A DNA stretch of 64,000 nucleotides from Octopus vulgaris (GCA_951406725.2 OX597820.1:58838001-58902000); one strand, 5' to 3'; counted from the stretch's first letter, positions 25,067 through 39,605 are shown. Notes: generated from the letters alone by a model not told the origin. A program made the numbers and translations.

Positions 25067-26069
25067 CCGGTGTTTTTCAAACGATGAATAGCTTTGCGTA
25101 ACCATGGTCTGTTTTGTTCTCTTACTTTATTATCATCTTATGATAATCATCTCAAAATAATGACTTTTATGACTCGTATTACTACCTCAGTCAATCTAAA
25201 TGTATATATTTGTCGTTACCTGTCATAAATAGCCTTTTTTATTTGCAATGTGCATTTTCGTTGATTTTTCATATTTTACCCCATATATATATATATATAT
25301 ACCTGCCAGAGGGAGTGTTTGTCCAGGATAGGACTACACAGCCACAGCAGGAAATGTACCAGGACATGAAATATAAAAGCCGGACTAGACTACAAAAAAA
25401 AAAAAAAAAAATGCGCTACTCCATTGTCTCCCGAGACAGAAAGGATTCCAATATATATATGTATATGTATGTATGTATTTGTGTGTCTGTGTTTGTTTCC
25501 CCACCATCGCTTGACAACCGATGTTGGTATGTTTATGTCCCCGTAACAATAGCGGTTCGTCAAAAGAGACCGATAAAATAAGTGCCAGGCTTTCGAAGAA
25601 TAAGTCCTGGAGTCATTTTTTCGACTAAAGGCGGTGCTCCAGCATGGCCGCAGTCAAATGACTGAAGCAAATAAAAGAATAAATCCTCCCAAACATATAC
25701 GCATATATTAAATATGTGTATATTAAATGTCCCTGGCACTTATTTCACTGCTCCTGGTTGGAAGAAGTGTAAAGTGGCCTCGGTGGAATTTGAACGTAGA
25801 ACCCTAAGAAACGTATATAAACACATTCGTCTAACAATCTACGTATTTGTCAACTCCACTGCTCTATCATGATATAAAACAGACGATTTCGTTCTTGGCT
25901 CCAAGATTACAATTTACGAAGAAGTCTGTGACTGCACATTATAACCGGTATTACATTTATCGTTATTCTATGAAAGCCAATGGAACGTGAGGCAATGCTC
26001 ATTTAGAATACCCTGATGGAGAGGATTAATGCAGTTTAAGTTTAGCTCAAATTCCTGCATAGATAAGCA

Positions 26070-26395
26070 CACTTTGAGATAACTTCAAATATATTTGGGA
26101 TATATTTGCCATATAAAAAAAAGGCCATTTTCACAGTGGTTTACCATGGAGAAAATTCTCACTTTAAGCAACAGGTGTTAAAACACAACAATAATTTTAG
26201 AATGCTTCCTGTGAATCGATGAACGAATTTCAAGCATCTTAACTATTGTCAATACTGGATACCAAGTGCGACAACTCTGAAATGACTTGGTGTTGCCTAA
26301 AACAAGAATTTTTCTCCATGGCAAAATGTAGTGGAAAAGGCCTTTTTACCAGTCAAATATGTTTCAAACATATTTGGACTAATCTGAAAGTTTGT
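26070..26395. mobile_element. Old MITE-like element with long imperfect inverted arms
   Basis: CCATGGAGAAAATTCT / AGAATTTTTCTCCATGG, AAAAGGCCATTTTCAC / GTGGAAAAGGCCTTTT and CAAATATATTTG / CAAACATATTTG pair across the element. Confidence 0.55.
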
Positions 26396-27315
26396 TGATT
26401 CCACAGCACTGCTTCGTGTCTCTAATATATAACCTGCATAGTCTGAGCATGAAAGAAAGAGCCAAGAGACTGAAATTTTGGGAAAGAAGGATTGGGTGTA
26501 AAAAAATTGGTGTTTAGACTAAAGTGTACATATATTGGAAAAGGAAATATAGAATTATCTATGAGTCGTTTTTTGTTTGGTTCTTGCGTCAGTTCAGTCT
26601 TGATTGAGCCGAATTATACTCCAGATATGAGCATCTCGGTCAATTCTTTTCTCAGAAACAATATATCTAGATCACCCTGATCCAGTGTCCCTCCACTATT
26701 TAGATGGTAGGTTGTAAATTTATGGAAATTTGGTTACTATTTCTGACAGGTCGAGTGACCAAGTATATGCTTCCTTTTTATCAAACTTTAATGTAGATGT
26801 AGTTAGCCCTTTTATATGATTAAGGGCATTCTAGCTGTGACTATAATGTCAGCATAAGAATATACTATCAGATACGCTTTTCTAAAAACACAATTGAGTA
26901 TTATTTAACCTTTTGCCAGTTTTGTCTATCATATGTGATATATTTTGCCGGTGTCCTGCATCAGACTTGGTACACATTCCCAATTCTTTTTATCCGTTAG
27001 AGGAACTTGGAATTATTGAAACGAAAGATTGCTATTACTCAAGGGTTAACTAAAAGTCTGGAAACAAACATGGACATTTAGGACAAATTTATGAAAATGC
27101 TTTGGACAAGCAGGCTTAAGCGAGATACCTCTGCTGTTTCTAAAGGTCCAGCAAATACATAATAAACTTTTATGGAAAAACAAAATGGGAAAATTGTGAC
27201 GTTCATGCTGCTTTTTGTAAAGTTAACTGATTTTAATCAATGAATTGGTTTCAGTCTAAACACCCCACCGATCAACAGAGCACTAATCGTAAATGTGAAA
27301 TATTTAGAGACTTAC

Positions 27316-27522
27316 AGCGAAGAATTTCTTGAAATACTTTTGGTTACAGTTATCAGTCGGGTCTCCGTCTAGGAGAACGGTAACATTTGATTTACAAATA
27401 CATGGAAGCAACGTTTTCTCGAACATATCTGGTGCTGCAACAACAGTTAGGGCCAGTGTATTTCGACTGTATTTCAGACGGAACGAGGGTTTCATTGATT
27501 TAATATCGTTGTAGCATCTCAC
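27316..27522 (-). CDS. MMACHC: MMACHC-like paralogue B, exon 2 (VRCYNDIKSMKPSFRLKYSRNTLALTVVAAPDMFEK...DPTDNCNQKYFKKFFA)
   Basis: atccag|GTG acceptor, GCT|gtaagt donor, 207 nt, phase 0/0. TLA.V..P.MF and DP.D.C match human. Confidence 0.9.
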
Positions 27523-28094
27523 CTGGATAAAAGAACAATATATATATAGAGAGAGAGAATTCAGGTAATATCTCGTTTGAAGAAGTAATAGGTATAAGCA
27601 ATTAATGCTCAAGTTGTTTGCTGCCTAAAACTCGAACTTGAACTGAAATCTAAGGGTTTTTGTGTTATAGCTGGCTAATGACGATTGGATATAGTCTGCT
27701 TATCATTTGAAAAGATACATTATTAACAGAATAAAAGTATAAATAAGCAAACAACGATTGAGTTGTTACATAAGTACAGGTCATAAAGAGGAAGTAAAAA
27801 ATAAATGTTTGTAACTAACCAGTTTCAACCTTCGTATACTGGTAGAATGTGTCACATAAAACATCTTGGCGTTGGTGAGAAAATTCTGTATTTTGGAAAT
27901 TATTTCTTGTTAAAGTTGTCGTATTTCGGTAATTTCAACCAATCAATGACGTGTATTCAGCTGAATAAAATTACTGCTGTTGTTTGTGATAACAACTTAT
28001 TTATGACATCGATTGTGCGTTTGTACTGGTTTTAGCTTTAAGATTTTAGAGTTAGGGTTAGGGTTTTAGGGTTTGACAGCATCATAACAAAAGC

Positions 28095-28760
28095 CTACTG
28101 GAAGCAGAACGGAAGAATTCCTAGTACTGTTAGCCGGAGTGTGGTAACACTGCTGAGAAAGGACGCCGACAATGGGGACGTCCTAAGGAATTTTTGGTCC
28201 AAAACGCTACTGAACACAGAATCTAAAATTTTGGTCAAGATATTAGCGAAAAGGTTGGCGTTTGTCGTTGGTAGTCTGATCGAGGATGCACAAACGTGCG
28301 CAGTCCTGAGCAGGTCTATCCACGACAACCTCCACCCTATACGATACATCATAGAGAGGGCTGGGACTAAAGCTGGCTTCGATGGTGTCCTGATCTTTTT
28401 ATATCAGTCGAAAGCTTTCGATAGAGTAGACCATCGCTACTTGGAAGACGTCCTTAAAGCAGTCGATTTCTGACCCGTTTTCTGAGGCTGGATTGCTGCA
28501 ATGCACAGCGGCACCTGCTCGGTGGTCAAAGTAAATGGCTACCTACTGGAACCGTTTAGTATCGCACATTCGGTTCGTCAGGGCTACCCACTGTCACCTC
28601 TTCTATATGTCCTGGCTCTCGAGCCACTTCTGCGGAAGTTGGAACAGTTAAGAGGTCTCCCTTTCTAAATTGGACTCGGAAGGGTAGTGTCAGCGTACGC
28701 GGACGACGTCACTATCATGGTGTTGGACGCCTCCAAAGTGGAGACGGTCAACTCCATTGT
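28095..28760 (+). mobile_element. Tx1/L1-clade LINE RT fragment (degenerate)
   Basis: LLNTESKILVKILAKRL, KAFDRVDH, VRQGYPLSP, SAYADD; contains stops. Confidence 0.85.
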
Positions 28761-29350
28761 AACGACCCGATGCTGTTGCTCCATGTCCACATTGGCACAT
28801 TCGGGAGGTCGAGTCGGTACCTGTCAGACAGTTGCAAACGTCTGAGCAGGTCTTTGAGGCATTTACATCCCCACCTATTCCCAACTCTACCCACAGTCTC
28901 GGTGCACGTCTAAGGTAGCGTTCCAATCCCCCACTAAAAGTAAAGGTCGGAACATTCCCAGGAAAACCTCTAGATGTCGAAAGAAATCCAGCCGACCTGT
29001 TCAGGACGGTGCATAAGCTGTTATCAGTCGAAAAGAACACCCATTACTGCCATCGACATCCAAGACGACCAGCCTACCTTCCGGGTCTAGGAATATTGTT
29101 CTTACTTTGATGTCCAGACTCATCCGAAAAAGCACCGCGGTACCTCCTCGGCACATTCTCGGCAGACACGGAGAAAAATAAATGTCGAATTGTCCGCCGA
29201 ACATGTGCTCGAGGACCCGTAGGTTGTGGAGTCTGGTCTCATGATAGCTATGATATCTACATTCTATGTCTTGATGTCATCTAACAAGTAGCCTTGTTTC
29301 CAAGGTGACCCCTAGCCACGCACATTTATACAACCTATTCTAAGCATGTT
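28761..29350 (-). mobile_element. Tx1/L1-clade LINE APE endonuclease fragment
   Basis: GGTAVLF...DPEGRLVVLDV...FRLITAYAP; PTFTFS...YL.R. Confidence 0.7.
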
Positions 29351-29558
29351 CCTATCGAAAGTTGTATTTTATACACGAAAGGAAAATAAAAAGAATGAGA
29401 GAGAGAGAGGGGGGGGAGAGAGAGAGTCACCTACTGTTCGAAAGTTGGTTAGATAGATAGATAGATAGATAGATTGATAGATAGATTGATAGATAATTTT
29501 CTTTATTAGCCACACAGGGCCGAATAGAGGGGACAAAATACAATGTAGAGCTTTTCTT

Positions 29559-29641
<83 letters not shown>

Positions 29642-29643
<2 letters not shown>

Positions 29644-30880
29644 AAGATATGTTTCTTTATTAGCCACACAGGGGCTGAACACAGACGGGACAAATTACAA
29701 GGTAGAGCTTTTGTTTTTGGGGAGAAAAAGGGGGTAGGTTTTCGATCAAAAGGGATCGTAAAAAGGAAATAAAAGAAAAAAGACGATCAATAGGGATCGT
29801 GTATCAAAGAAATATCATGATATAGAGTGTAAAGGGGGAAACAGATGAGGTTTATTCGTGGAAAGAAAAGCCTACGGAAAATGTGCTCGTGGCTAGACAC
29901 TATGATGGTGACGTCGTCCGCGTATGCAGATACGCTCGTCCCGCATACCAGTTGTCGCGGGATGCCCCACAGAGTTGCCAGCTTCCGCAATAATGGCTCG
30001 AGAGTCAATACGTATAGAAGCGATGAGAGGGGGCATCCCTGACGGACCGAACGTGCAATGTCGAAAGGTCTCGATAGATGTCCATTTACGCGAATTACCG
30101 AACGGATGCCTCTGTACAAAGCGGCTATCCAGCCGCGGAAGACGGGACCGAAACCAGCCGCTCCGAGGACAGCCTCCAAGTATCGATGGTCCACCCTATC
30201 GAAAAATTTCGATTGATCCAAATTGATCAGGGCCCCACCCATGCTAGGTTCCTTAACTACCTTGTCTATGATGTAGCGTATCAGGTGGAGGTTGTCATGG
30301 ATGTTCCGGCCCGGCACGGCGCACGTTTGAGCCTTGTCGACCAGTTTCTCGATAACAAGCGCCAACCTCTTGGCTAACACCTTGGCCAAAATTTTCAAGT
30401 CTGCATTGAGCAGAGTGATGAGCCTAAAGTTATCTATTACACCCCCTTGTTTAGATCTTTCTTCAGCAGTGTTACGGCTCCTCGGCTCAAAAAATCAGGA
30501 ATGTTCCCATTTTGCTGCCAGTTGCAGTACACCGCTGCCAAGACGTCTCCAAACAAGTCTGGTATACAGCTGTAAAGCTCGTAGGGTAGACCATCCAAAC
30601 CCGGCGATTTGTCCCTCGAGCATTCTTCCATCGCGTCCTGCACTTCCGCCGCCGTGATGGCACCTTCACAGCGCCCTGCTTCTCTTGTCGGGAGTCGTGG
30701 TAGGCTGTGTAGGTAGGCTCTGAAGTCCACCATACGTTCTTGCCCGCCACTCGTCCCGAACAGTCGGGCAAAATGCTGCTGAAAGGCCTCACACATTTTA
30801 CTTGGCTCGAGCAATTCGCGCCCCTGTTCATCTACCAGAGACCGAATGGTGGCTTTGTTGCCCTGTTGCGCCTCTGCCAC
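29642..30880 (-). mobile_element. Tx1-like LINE, 5'-truncated and internally deleted, within (GATA)n
   Basis: KSPGLDGLPYELY, SVRQGCPLS and SAYADD, then a jump to the 3' UTR ending ...GTGGCTAATAAAGAAA; (GATA)n on both sides. Confidence 0.9.
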
Positions 30881-30902
30881 ATAGATAGATAAACAGATAG
30901 AT

Positions 30903-30940
<38 letters not shown>

Positions 30941-30962
30941 ACAAATAGATAGATAGATAAAC

Positions 30963-31030
<68 letters not shown>

Positions 31031-31869
31031 GGATAGATAGATATCCGTTTACTACATGTTGTTTTTTTCATATTCGTTTATTAAATGTTGTTTTACACCT
31101 ATTACACAATTTTTTTTTTTCATTTTTTTGCTCAGGTCAAACACTGGGGATTAACCACGGCCCACATATGTTGGGATTTTTTCCAATGTTTTTCACCAAA
31201 GTCTTCAGGATGATGGGAAGCATTTTCACGAGCATTTTTCTACTCCCGGCTCCCCTCACCAGCCCAGTTCGAAACGATTTTGGCCATGCACGCACTTAAA
31301 AACCCGCGAGAGAAACATTTTCGGTTTAAAAAAAAAATTGTTAATAATTTCAGAGGAAAATGTATGATTTAAGGGAGATCTGGCTGTTGTTTCTAGCACA
31401 TCCTCAAACCTCCCTCCTCGTTTCTTTCTTACACATCTATTGATATTTTTCCGTATTTTTCTCTCCATAAACAAATTTTATGGAATGATGATGTCAAAGT
31501 AACGCACTTGTAGTCCCAACCGAGCGAGACTGTTATGTGTGTGTGTAAAAAAAACCCTGAAAATGACGCGTACATTATTAAATATGCTAAGACAATCTGA
31601 AAACAATAGAAACTTTTAAAAGTTTACCGGTTTTTAGGGAATTTTTGAGCTAAATGAAACGGAAGTTAATTAGTCCGATGATGATTTTCAAAGTTAACTT
31701 AAAAGTTAAATCATTAACAAAAATGTTAACTTCGTTAATTAACGATTAACGGATTGTAGCGGGATGTGAAGCAAAAGGTATTGGTGAAGCAAATGAATAT
31801 AGGTGTGTTGGACGACATCAAAGGAAAACAATGAGGAAAGCTTCGGAATGTAGCTTAAATAATTTATTT

Positions 31870-32459
31870 GACCAACACTTGCATTTACATGTTGGATACA
31901 CAAAATAAATCGAGATGGTGACTGCACTCCAGAAATAAGACGGCAGGTAGTACTAGGCAGAGAGGCAATGGTCAGCATGAGCAGGGTCTGGAAGAGTAGA
32001 GACATCAGACTCGCTACCAAATGCAGATTGGTGAATGCAATTGTCTTCAAAATAGCAACATATGGATGCAAGACCTGGACACTAAAGAAAGCTGACCAGA
32101 AGAGAATTAATGCATTCGAGCTTTGGTTTGGAGAAGACTTTTACGTCCATGGACTGCGAGGCTCACCAATGGAGAAGTTCTTAAGCAGATCAGGCCGAAA
32201 ATGTCGCTAGAAGCTAGGATCACCAAGCATAGATTGGCATATTTCGGTCATGTTATACGGAGAAGATCCCTGGAGAAGGACATCATGCTCGGAATGGTCA
32301 GTGGCAAGAGAGGAAGAGGCCGACCAAGAACCCGCTGGCTTGACACCATCAAGAGGGATACCGGAATGGACATAGCCAATCTGAAAGAAGCGGCTCAGGA
32401 TAGAACTGACTGGAGGACACTGATCCAACGAGTAATCGAGAGTCGACTTCGACTGAGCG

Positions 32460-32460
<1 letters not shown>
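31870..32460 (+). mobile_element. RTE-clade LINE 3' fragment with (GATA)n tail
   Basis: TKCRLVNAIVF..ATYGC.TWTL, YFGHVIRR, GKRGRGRPRTRWLD. Confidence 0.85.
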
Positions 32461-32547
<87 letters not shown>

Positions 32548-32674
32548 TACACAAAGCTACATGAAGTTTACCAACTGCTTCGAGTTGGGCGAAATCTCGA
32601 CGTGATATGTATGACATGTCACCTCGGCCGCTGTAGGATTAACGCACTTACGCCCAGCTCAAGGGTGTATATAT

Positions 32675-32878
32675 GCAAAAGTAGGTTTACAGTTATCGCG
32701 TAGGCACTTTAAATTTCTTTTAATACATTTCTTTTATGACATTTAAATTTTTATTTTACAATTAACAAAATTGTTATAAAATATTGGTTTCATATTTTTC
32801 TATAATGAAGATTTAAACTGTTTATATATGAATTCGAAAGAGTTTAATAACTGTAAACCTACTTTTTGGCCACCTTGG

Positions 32879-32883
<5 letters not shown>
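32675..32883. mobile_element. Tc1/mariner-type MITE remnant
   Basis: AAAAGTAGGTTTACAGTTA / TAACTGTAAACCTACTTTT inverted repeat. Confidence 0.5.
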
Positions 32884-32922
<39 letters not shown>

Positions 32923-33099
32923 TTGATAGAGAGCATTGAGAGACACCAGAGACCAGATGTAGACGGAAGAAAACAACTACTGACCCAACCTGACTGCAGC
33001 TTAAACAATGACAAACGACGACAGCAACACCAACACCAACACTAACTAACCACTCTGTGACTGCTGCTACAATCACACCTAGAACAATTATATTCAAAC

Positions 33100-33388
33100 A
33101 GGCGCAGGAGTGGCTGTGTGGTAAGTAGCTTGCTTACCAACCACATGGTTCCGGGTTCAGTGCCTTCTACTATAGCCGCGGGCCGACCAAAGCCTTGTGA
33201 GTGGATTTGGTAGACGGAAACTGAAAGAAGCCCGTCTGGCGATTTTTTTTTCCTCTGTCTTCCCTTCTCTGGATTTTTCCTTCTCCTATGTTTCCGACGA
33301 AGAGCTCCGCTCGAAACGTTAAACCCTCCTTCTTTCCTGAGCGTCCAATAATACTATATTTTTTGTGCTTTCTTGTTTGAATTAACTT

Positions 33389-33427
<39 letters not shown>

Positions 33428-33607
33428 AATTGCGTCTATGATTATGTGTCTATGTTTGCCACCCCACCAACATCGCTTGACAACCGTCACTTAGCGGTTC
33501 GATAGATTAAGTACCAGGTTTACAAAGACTAAGTCCTGGGGTCGATTTGCTCGACTAAAGGCGGTGCTCCAGCATGGCCGCAGTCAAATGACTGAAACAA
33601 ATAAAAG
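33100..33607 (+). mobile_element. SINE family 1 with a nested Penelope-like fragment carrying a degenerate hammerhead (33290-33324)
   Basis: SINE head and tail interrupted at about 33236-33390; gttt-CCGACGA-agagctccgctc-GAAAcgTT-aaac. Confidence 0.65.
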
Positions 33608-34744
33608 AAAAACCCTCGATGTTTTGTCGTTCGTAGTAACGACAGCATTTTCTTTGTGTTTACGGGAAGGATAAAAATTTTATTTAATCTCACCTATTCA
33701 GTGTTCTTCGTAACACACCCTTTCGGGGAGCAATAAAATAGGTACCAGTTGAGCACTGGGATCGATGGAATCGACCTCCTCTACCCTTCCAAATTTACTG
33801 CCCTTGTGCCAAAGTAAGAAAGGATTGTATAACGTATACTGTTTTGTGACCGTGGTGTACGATTTCAAGAGAAATTTGCCTGCTATTTCTAATTGCTTGA
33901 ACAACTCCGTAGAGACACCAGCGTTGGTGTCTATATCAGTCATGGGCAAACTGCGATCCGTAGGGCTTTCTGAATGACACACCAACGAACAATTACTTTA
34001 ACTTACCTTTTAGTACTGCAGCTTGTTTGGTGATGGTCCAGTCTCATACAGACTAAATCTCAAAAATGTTGCCCATGTCTGTTCTAAACCAATTGTAGCA
34101 AATAACAAAGATTTCCAGCCAAGTGTTGATTGTTGTTATTGTTGTTGTTAAGCAACAAGACGGGTAAGGGTGATTAGGTGATGTCTAGGGCTTAGGGGCG
34201 GGAGACCCCAGACCTTGGAAAAAAAAAACTTTGGTCGTCTTGTTGTAATCGAGGTCTCTTCGTTGACGCCCGACATCACTGGGAGGTGGCCCTCGAAGTC
34301 GCTGGAAATGGAGATCTCCAGGTCCAATTTGTTGAACGGCGCCAAGTGTTGAGGCTCTAATCTGTCTTCCACTTGACAGATATAAAATCACAATTAACCA
34401 GGCGCTGGCATGGCAGTGTAGTGAGAAATTCGCTATCCAACCACATGATTTTGGGTTCAGTTTCACTGCGTCGCATTTTGGGCAACGCAATGGCGTAGCT
34501 AACAGGGGAGCAATAGGAGCCCCCACCACCACCACCACCACTGAGCACATTTTTCAAAATTGGCGCCTTTTCAACAATTTAAAAAAAAATTCTTTAGTTC
34601 ACTTGTGCGATAAAAGTCGAATCTCTTTTTTCTTGTATGATTCACATGGCTTTTGGAAGACCTTTTCAGGAGTCATTACTTTATTTGACCAGCCTCCCGT
34701 CTTTAGGAGTGACTGTGTGGTTAGTAGCTTGCTTCCTAAAAATG

Positions 34745-35600
34745 GCCGGGTACAGGTACCCGGTGATACTTGAGGGACGCCCCCCCCCCACAAGTGATAC
34801 ATATGCCTGGAGCCTGGCCATATCAGGAAGAACTGTACCAAGGGCCGTGGTAAGGCCCTGCAGCATGAAAAAGAGAAAGTGCTCGCCGCCCCTTCTTTGG
34901 AGGGGGTGACGGTGGAAGTCGTAGTGGAAGTTGCCTTCACGAAAAGAAAAGAAAGGTGAGCAACAATGGTTGCTCACCAAAGAATGTACAGGCGGCGGAG
35001 GAGGGTAGCGATCCCCCGCGTCTGTCGACGTAGCCCCCTGCTCCCGCAGTCTCAAAAAGAAAGAGGAGAAAGAGGAGCAGAAGACGGCCGGCGGATGTTC
35101 CTGGGCCGCCGACGGAGCCGCAGGTGGGATGTGTGCCACCTGCGGATAGGGCTCCGTCAGTGGGAAGTGTGCCACTGACGGAGCAGTGTGAGGTCCCTTC
35201 CTGTGAAGAGGAAGTGTTTCTCTTCCTTTACCACGAGGTGAGTAAATTTTTGGACGGCTTGGGTGACCGAGAACGTGTGTACTCGGTCTGCCCAAGTAGT
35301 CCGATATGGCCTCCACAGGTGGCTGCGGGGGTAGTAACGGAAAGCATTTTGTCAAAGGTCACAGCGACCTTTGACAAGAAAGAATTTGCTTTCCTCTTTG
35401 CAGGCCCCGACTTGTCGTTGCAGAGTTGTCTGCAGGCAGCAAGTCACATTGCTTGGGGGACCTGACAAAGAGAATTGTTGTAAATCTATGTGCTGCCCTT
35501 GTGAAAATTAAATGAAATAAAGTAGCTTGTAAGAGGTTTTAGTGCCTCCTTCTTGTAAGAGGTTTGAAACCTCATATTGATTTTTAAAAAAAGAAAATGT
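34745..35600 (+). mobile_element. Degenerate LINE ORF1-like fragment with zinc knuckle
   Basis: GRPPPK*YICLEPGHIRKNCTK (CCHC with the first Cys mutated) in a GC-rich stretch. Confidence 0.55.
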
Positions 35601-35827
35601 TTTCGAGAAAAATCCAATCGGCGGGTGTTGGGTTTCGTCTCTCATTTATTCATTCTATTTCATTTTCATTCATTAATATGTTTGTCCAGCTCGCAAAGCT
35701 ACACAATCTTTGTACTGTCTATATGACCAATTTTATGAAATAAAGTAGCTTGCTTACAAACCACATGCTTCCGGGTTCAGTCCTACTGCGTAGCACCTTG
35801 GGCAGGTGTCTTCTACTATAGCCTTGG

Positions 35828-36081
35828 GCCCTGGCCTGAAAGTCGTCCTGAACAGACGGGTCAGGTACTCCTCGTCGACGTCCAGGTTCGCCCCGAGCTC
35901 GTCGTCGTACCTCCCCTCCACTAATCCCCTATAGAATGCTTTAGTTGTGATGAAGTCACTCAAGGTCGACCCAGGACGGCAGAGTTGCTTGAGAGCAGCG
36001 CGACACTCGCGGTGCCATTCGCCCTTCCTCGGCCTCTTTTTGATCCACGATTGCAGTTCGGTCATGGAGACGAGCTGCGGG

Positions 36082-36082
<1 letters not shown>
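35828..36082 (-). mobile_element. Tx1-like ORF2 fragment abutting (GATA)n
   Basis: WHRECRAALKQL...TKAFYRGLV, post-RT region of Tx1/L1-type ORF2. Confidence 0.6.
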
Positions 36083-36167
<85 letters not shown>

Positions 36168-36456
36168 TGATTGATTAATTGATTGATTGATAGATCGATT
36201 TTATTGTGTTCAACTTTAGATACAAAATAACAGTTGTGTACTTCCTTTTAAATTATATCTTCTTCGGCTTTCGATTATAAACACAAAATTAAAATGTATA
36301 ATGAGTTAATAATTGTTTGGTATGTGTCGCGTCACCTTTTTATTATGTGCTCGCTCCTCCGAAATTTGGAACCTGGCTACGCTGCTGGGATATCTTCCCG
36401 GGCCAACCAAAGCCTTGTGAGTAGATTTGGTTGCCGGAAACTGTAAGAAGCCCGTG

Positions 36457-36519
<63 letters not shown>

Positions 36520-36571
36520 AGATAGGTAGACAGACAGACAGACAAATAAAGAGATAGAATGACAGATAGAC

Positions 36572-36622
<51 letters not shown>

Positions 36623-36637
36623 CAAACAGACAGACAG

Positions 36638-36797
<160 letters not shown>

Positions 36798-36819
36798 GTA
36801 ATAGATAGATAGATAGATA

Positions 36820-37172
36820 AGTTTCTTTATTGGCCACACAGGACTGCACACAGATGGGACAAGTTACAAGGTAGAGCTTTTCTTTTGGGGGATGAAAAAA
36901 AAACAAAAGACAAAAAACAAAAGAAACAAAAAAAAGGTGGCGTAGGCAAAAGCGATCGTAAAAGGGAAAAAAAGAACAAAAAATAATAAAAAAAAGGAAA
37001 AGGAACAAAAGAAAAAAAGAAGAAAAAAAGGGAGGGGGAAGGGGAAGAGGAAAAAAACCGTCAATAGGGATCGTGTATCACAGTGTTATGATGTATGGTG
37101 TAAAGGGGAAAGCAAGTAAGGTTTATCCGTGGGAAGAAAAGCCTACGAAAAAGACCACGGTAACCTTGGTCA
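36820..37172 (-). mobile_element. Tx1-like LINE 3' UTR with (CTAT)n tail
   Basis: Homologous to 29645-29880 (GATCCCTATTGA, GCTCTACCTTGTAA..GTCCC, AATAAAGAAA). Confidence 0.75.
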
Positions 37173-37430
37173 ATATTGTTATATGTTACCACATTTGTTT
37201 GCAAGTGGGTAACCCTCTGTTTTCAATTTCTGGGTTCATAGGATTATGCTCAAGGTGGCTTCGTCATTCATACGTGCTACATACGTACAGTATCACTGGG
37301 TACTTGCTGCATTCACCCATCTTTTTTAAAACATTCGCTAGACAAAACTTGCCTCTCGTCATTTTAGTTATCGTGTGCTGAAAAAGACTTTGGCACGGTA
37401 CAAATGCACCTATAACTGGTCACAGATATG

Positions 37431-37464
<34 letters not shown>

Positions 37465-37883
37465 AACTTTAGGTTAGTTGAAATATCTTTGTTACATATT
37501 TCAACTTCTAAAGGCATATTCACTGCAGTTAATGTTTAAAAAAAATTCTCTCTTATAGAAAAAATGTGTAAAAACACCATTTCTGTCCAGTGCTGCACTT
37601 TCCGATTCCCAGGCGCTGCGCTTCGAGATTTTTAGCTATTGTCAATGGAAAATATCGAAGAGAGGTAACTCTGGACACCTCTAAAGTCGTCGCTTTAACT
37701 AAAACCAGTCAACAACATTGACTGATTTGCGCTATTAGACCGCCAAGTCGAAAGGAATTCGTCGTTGTCGGTGCCAAGCAGTGAATAGATATAGGCGAAC
37801 TTTAGATTATTTAAAATACGTTTGTGACATATTTCAACTTTTCAAGTCAAATTCACTGCAGTTCGGATGGAGACGAGCTGCGG

Positions 37884-37970
<87 letters not shown>

Positions 37971-39090
37971 TGATTGATTGAATTGATTGATTGATAGATC
38001 GATTTGTATGTGTCCTAGTTTTTGCCCACCACCACCGCTTGGCAACCGGTATTGGTTTGTTTACATCTCCGTGATTTATTGTTTTGGCATAAAAGTGACT
38101 GATAGAATTAAGTAACAGATTTTTTTTTTTTTCAGAAAAAAGAAAAAGTATCGGGTTCGATTTGCTTAACTAAGATCCTCAAGGTGGCACCCCAGCATGA
38201 GAGCAATCTAAACAAATAAAAAATAACCCTGACAGACACTGAGAAACGGATCATTGCCACAGCAATAGCTTCCTTAGTCCCATTCGTTACATTTGCGATA
38301 CGAAAAGTAAGTTTCGCCATAGCAAGTAATTACAGGGGGTTTCAAATTTTGGCACAAGGTCAGCTATTCTAAGGGAAGGGGATAGTTGATTACATCGAGC
38401 CCAGTGCTCAGCTGGTACTTATTATATCGACTTCGAAAAGATGAAAGGTAAACTCGACCTCAGCGGAATTTGAGCTGAGAATCTATAGAGCCAGAAGAAA
38501 TGTCATTAAGTATTTTGTCCGACGCGCAAACGATTCAACGAAATTGACGCTTTTCTACCAGTTCGCTGCCTTTAGCCTTTCTTGTTCGCACACAGAAACA
38601 TCAAAAGCATACATATATATGCACACACTAGATAAAAACACAATCAGGCATACGTTTTTCCTGACAAACCCGTACACGTTCATACATGCGCATACAAATA
38701 CTCAAAACTACATACGTGCATCAAACAACCACACGCTCACGCACCCATCCATGCATCCTAAACACGTACAGGCACACGCGCTCATGCAGAAGGCACTAAC
38801 GCGCGCGCGCATGCACACATACGCACATATTTATACACATATAAGTGACTGACAGGCAGGTGATACATATACTTGACACCATACACCAGCATATTCACGC
38901 ATGTGAGGACTCACACATGGTTGATACGTATTGACACACACACACACACACACGCACCAAGAAACGGATGCCATAAGCTTTCAACCACACGCTAGCTTAA
39001 AAACATACACATCTTCTACACCCACACACGCTTAACAGATACACATGAATAGGTATCAGGCACTCACATCTACACACTCATGCAGATGGT

Positions 39091-39121
<31 letters not shown>

Positions 39122-39605
39122 AACACACACGCACACACACATGCATACACACACAAACACACACATCTTTGTCGACCATTTATCTGATGTTCCACAAGTC
39201 CCTTCAAAGACCGGCCAGGTAGTTAGGCACCACCAGGTTCCTGTCCACCCACGAAGTCCAAAATCTTCTTGTTAATGCATTTGGTGTCGCTGGAATATCG
39301 CTTTCAATTCAAATAACACTCCCCTTGACCAATAGCTGCCAAGTTGCTGGTAATTATTTTCATGCATCTCTCCATTCAATTAACTGAGCTCGACAAATGA
39401 GGTTTCTGTAAGAAGCCTACGAAACTTGAAGTCGCACGGGGCCGAATGAAACTGTCTTAAATAATTATGTTTGGTGGTGGTGGTGGGCATTTAATTGTTT
39501 TCAAATGAAAGAAACAAAACGGAACGTGAAGTCTTTAATTTTCTTTATTGATCCCTTTATACATATCTATCCATCTATCAATATTATTGAGAGTAAGAGA
39601 TAGAT

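Noticed and set aside
32822-33097. Hydrophobic ORF MNIIVLGVIVAAVTEWLVSVG resembling C exon 1
   Set aside because: TTG start, GTT-rich low-complexity sequence, no nucleotide similarity and no E.HPF motif.
33643-33666. Short match to the ATG context of paralogue C exon 1 (CCCGTAAACACAAAGAAAATGCTG on the minus strand) as a possible B exon 1
   Set aside because: Similarity does not extend either way, and the downstream peptide (MLSLLRTTKHRG) lacks the GYE.HPF motif and donor. Could be chance.
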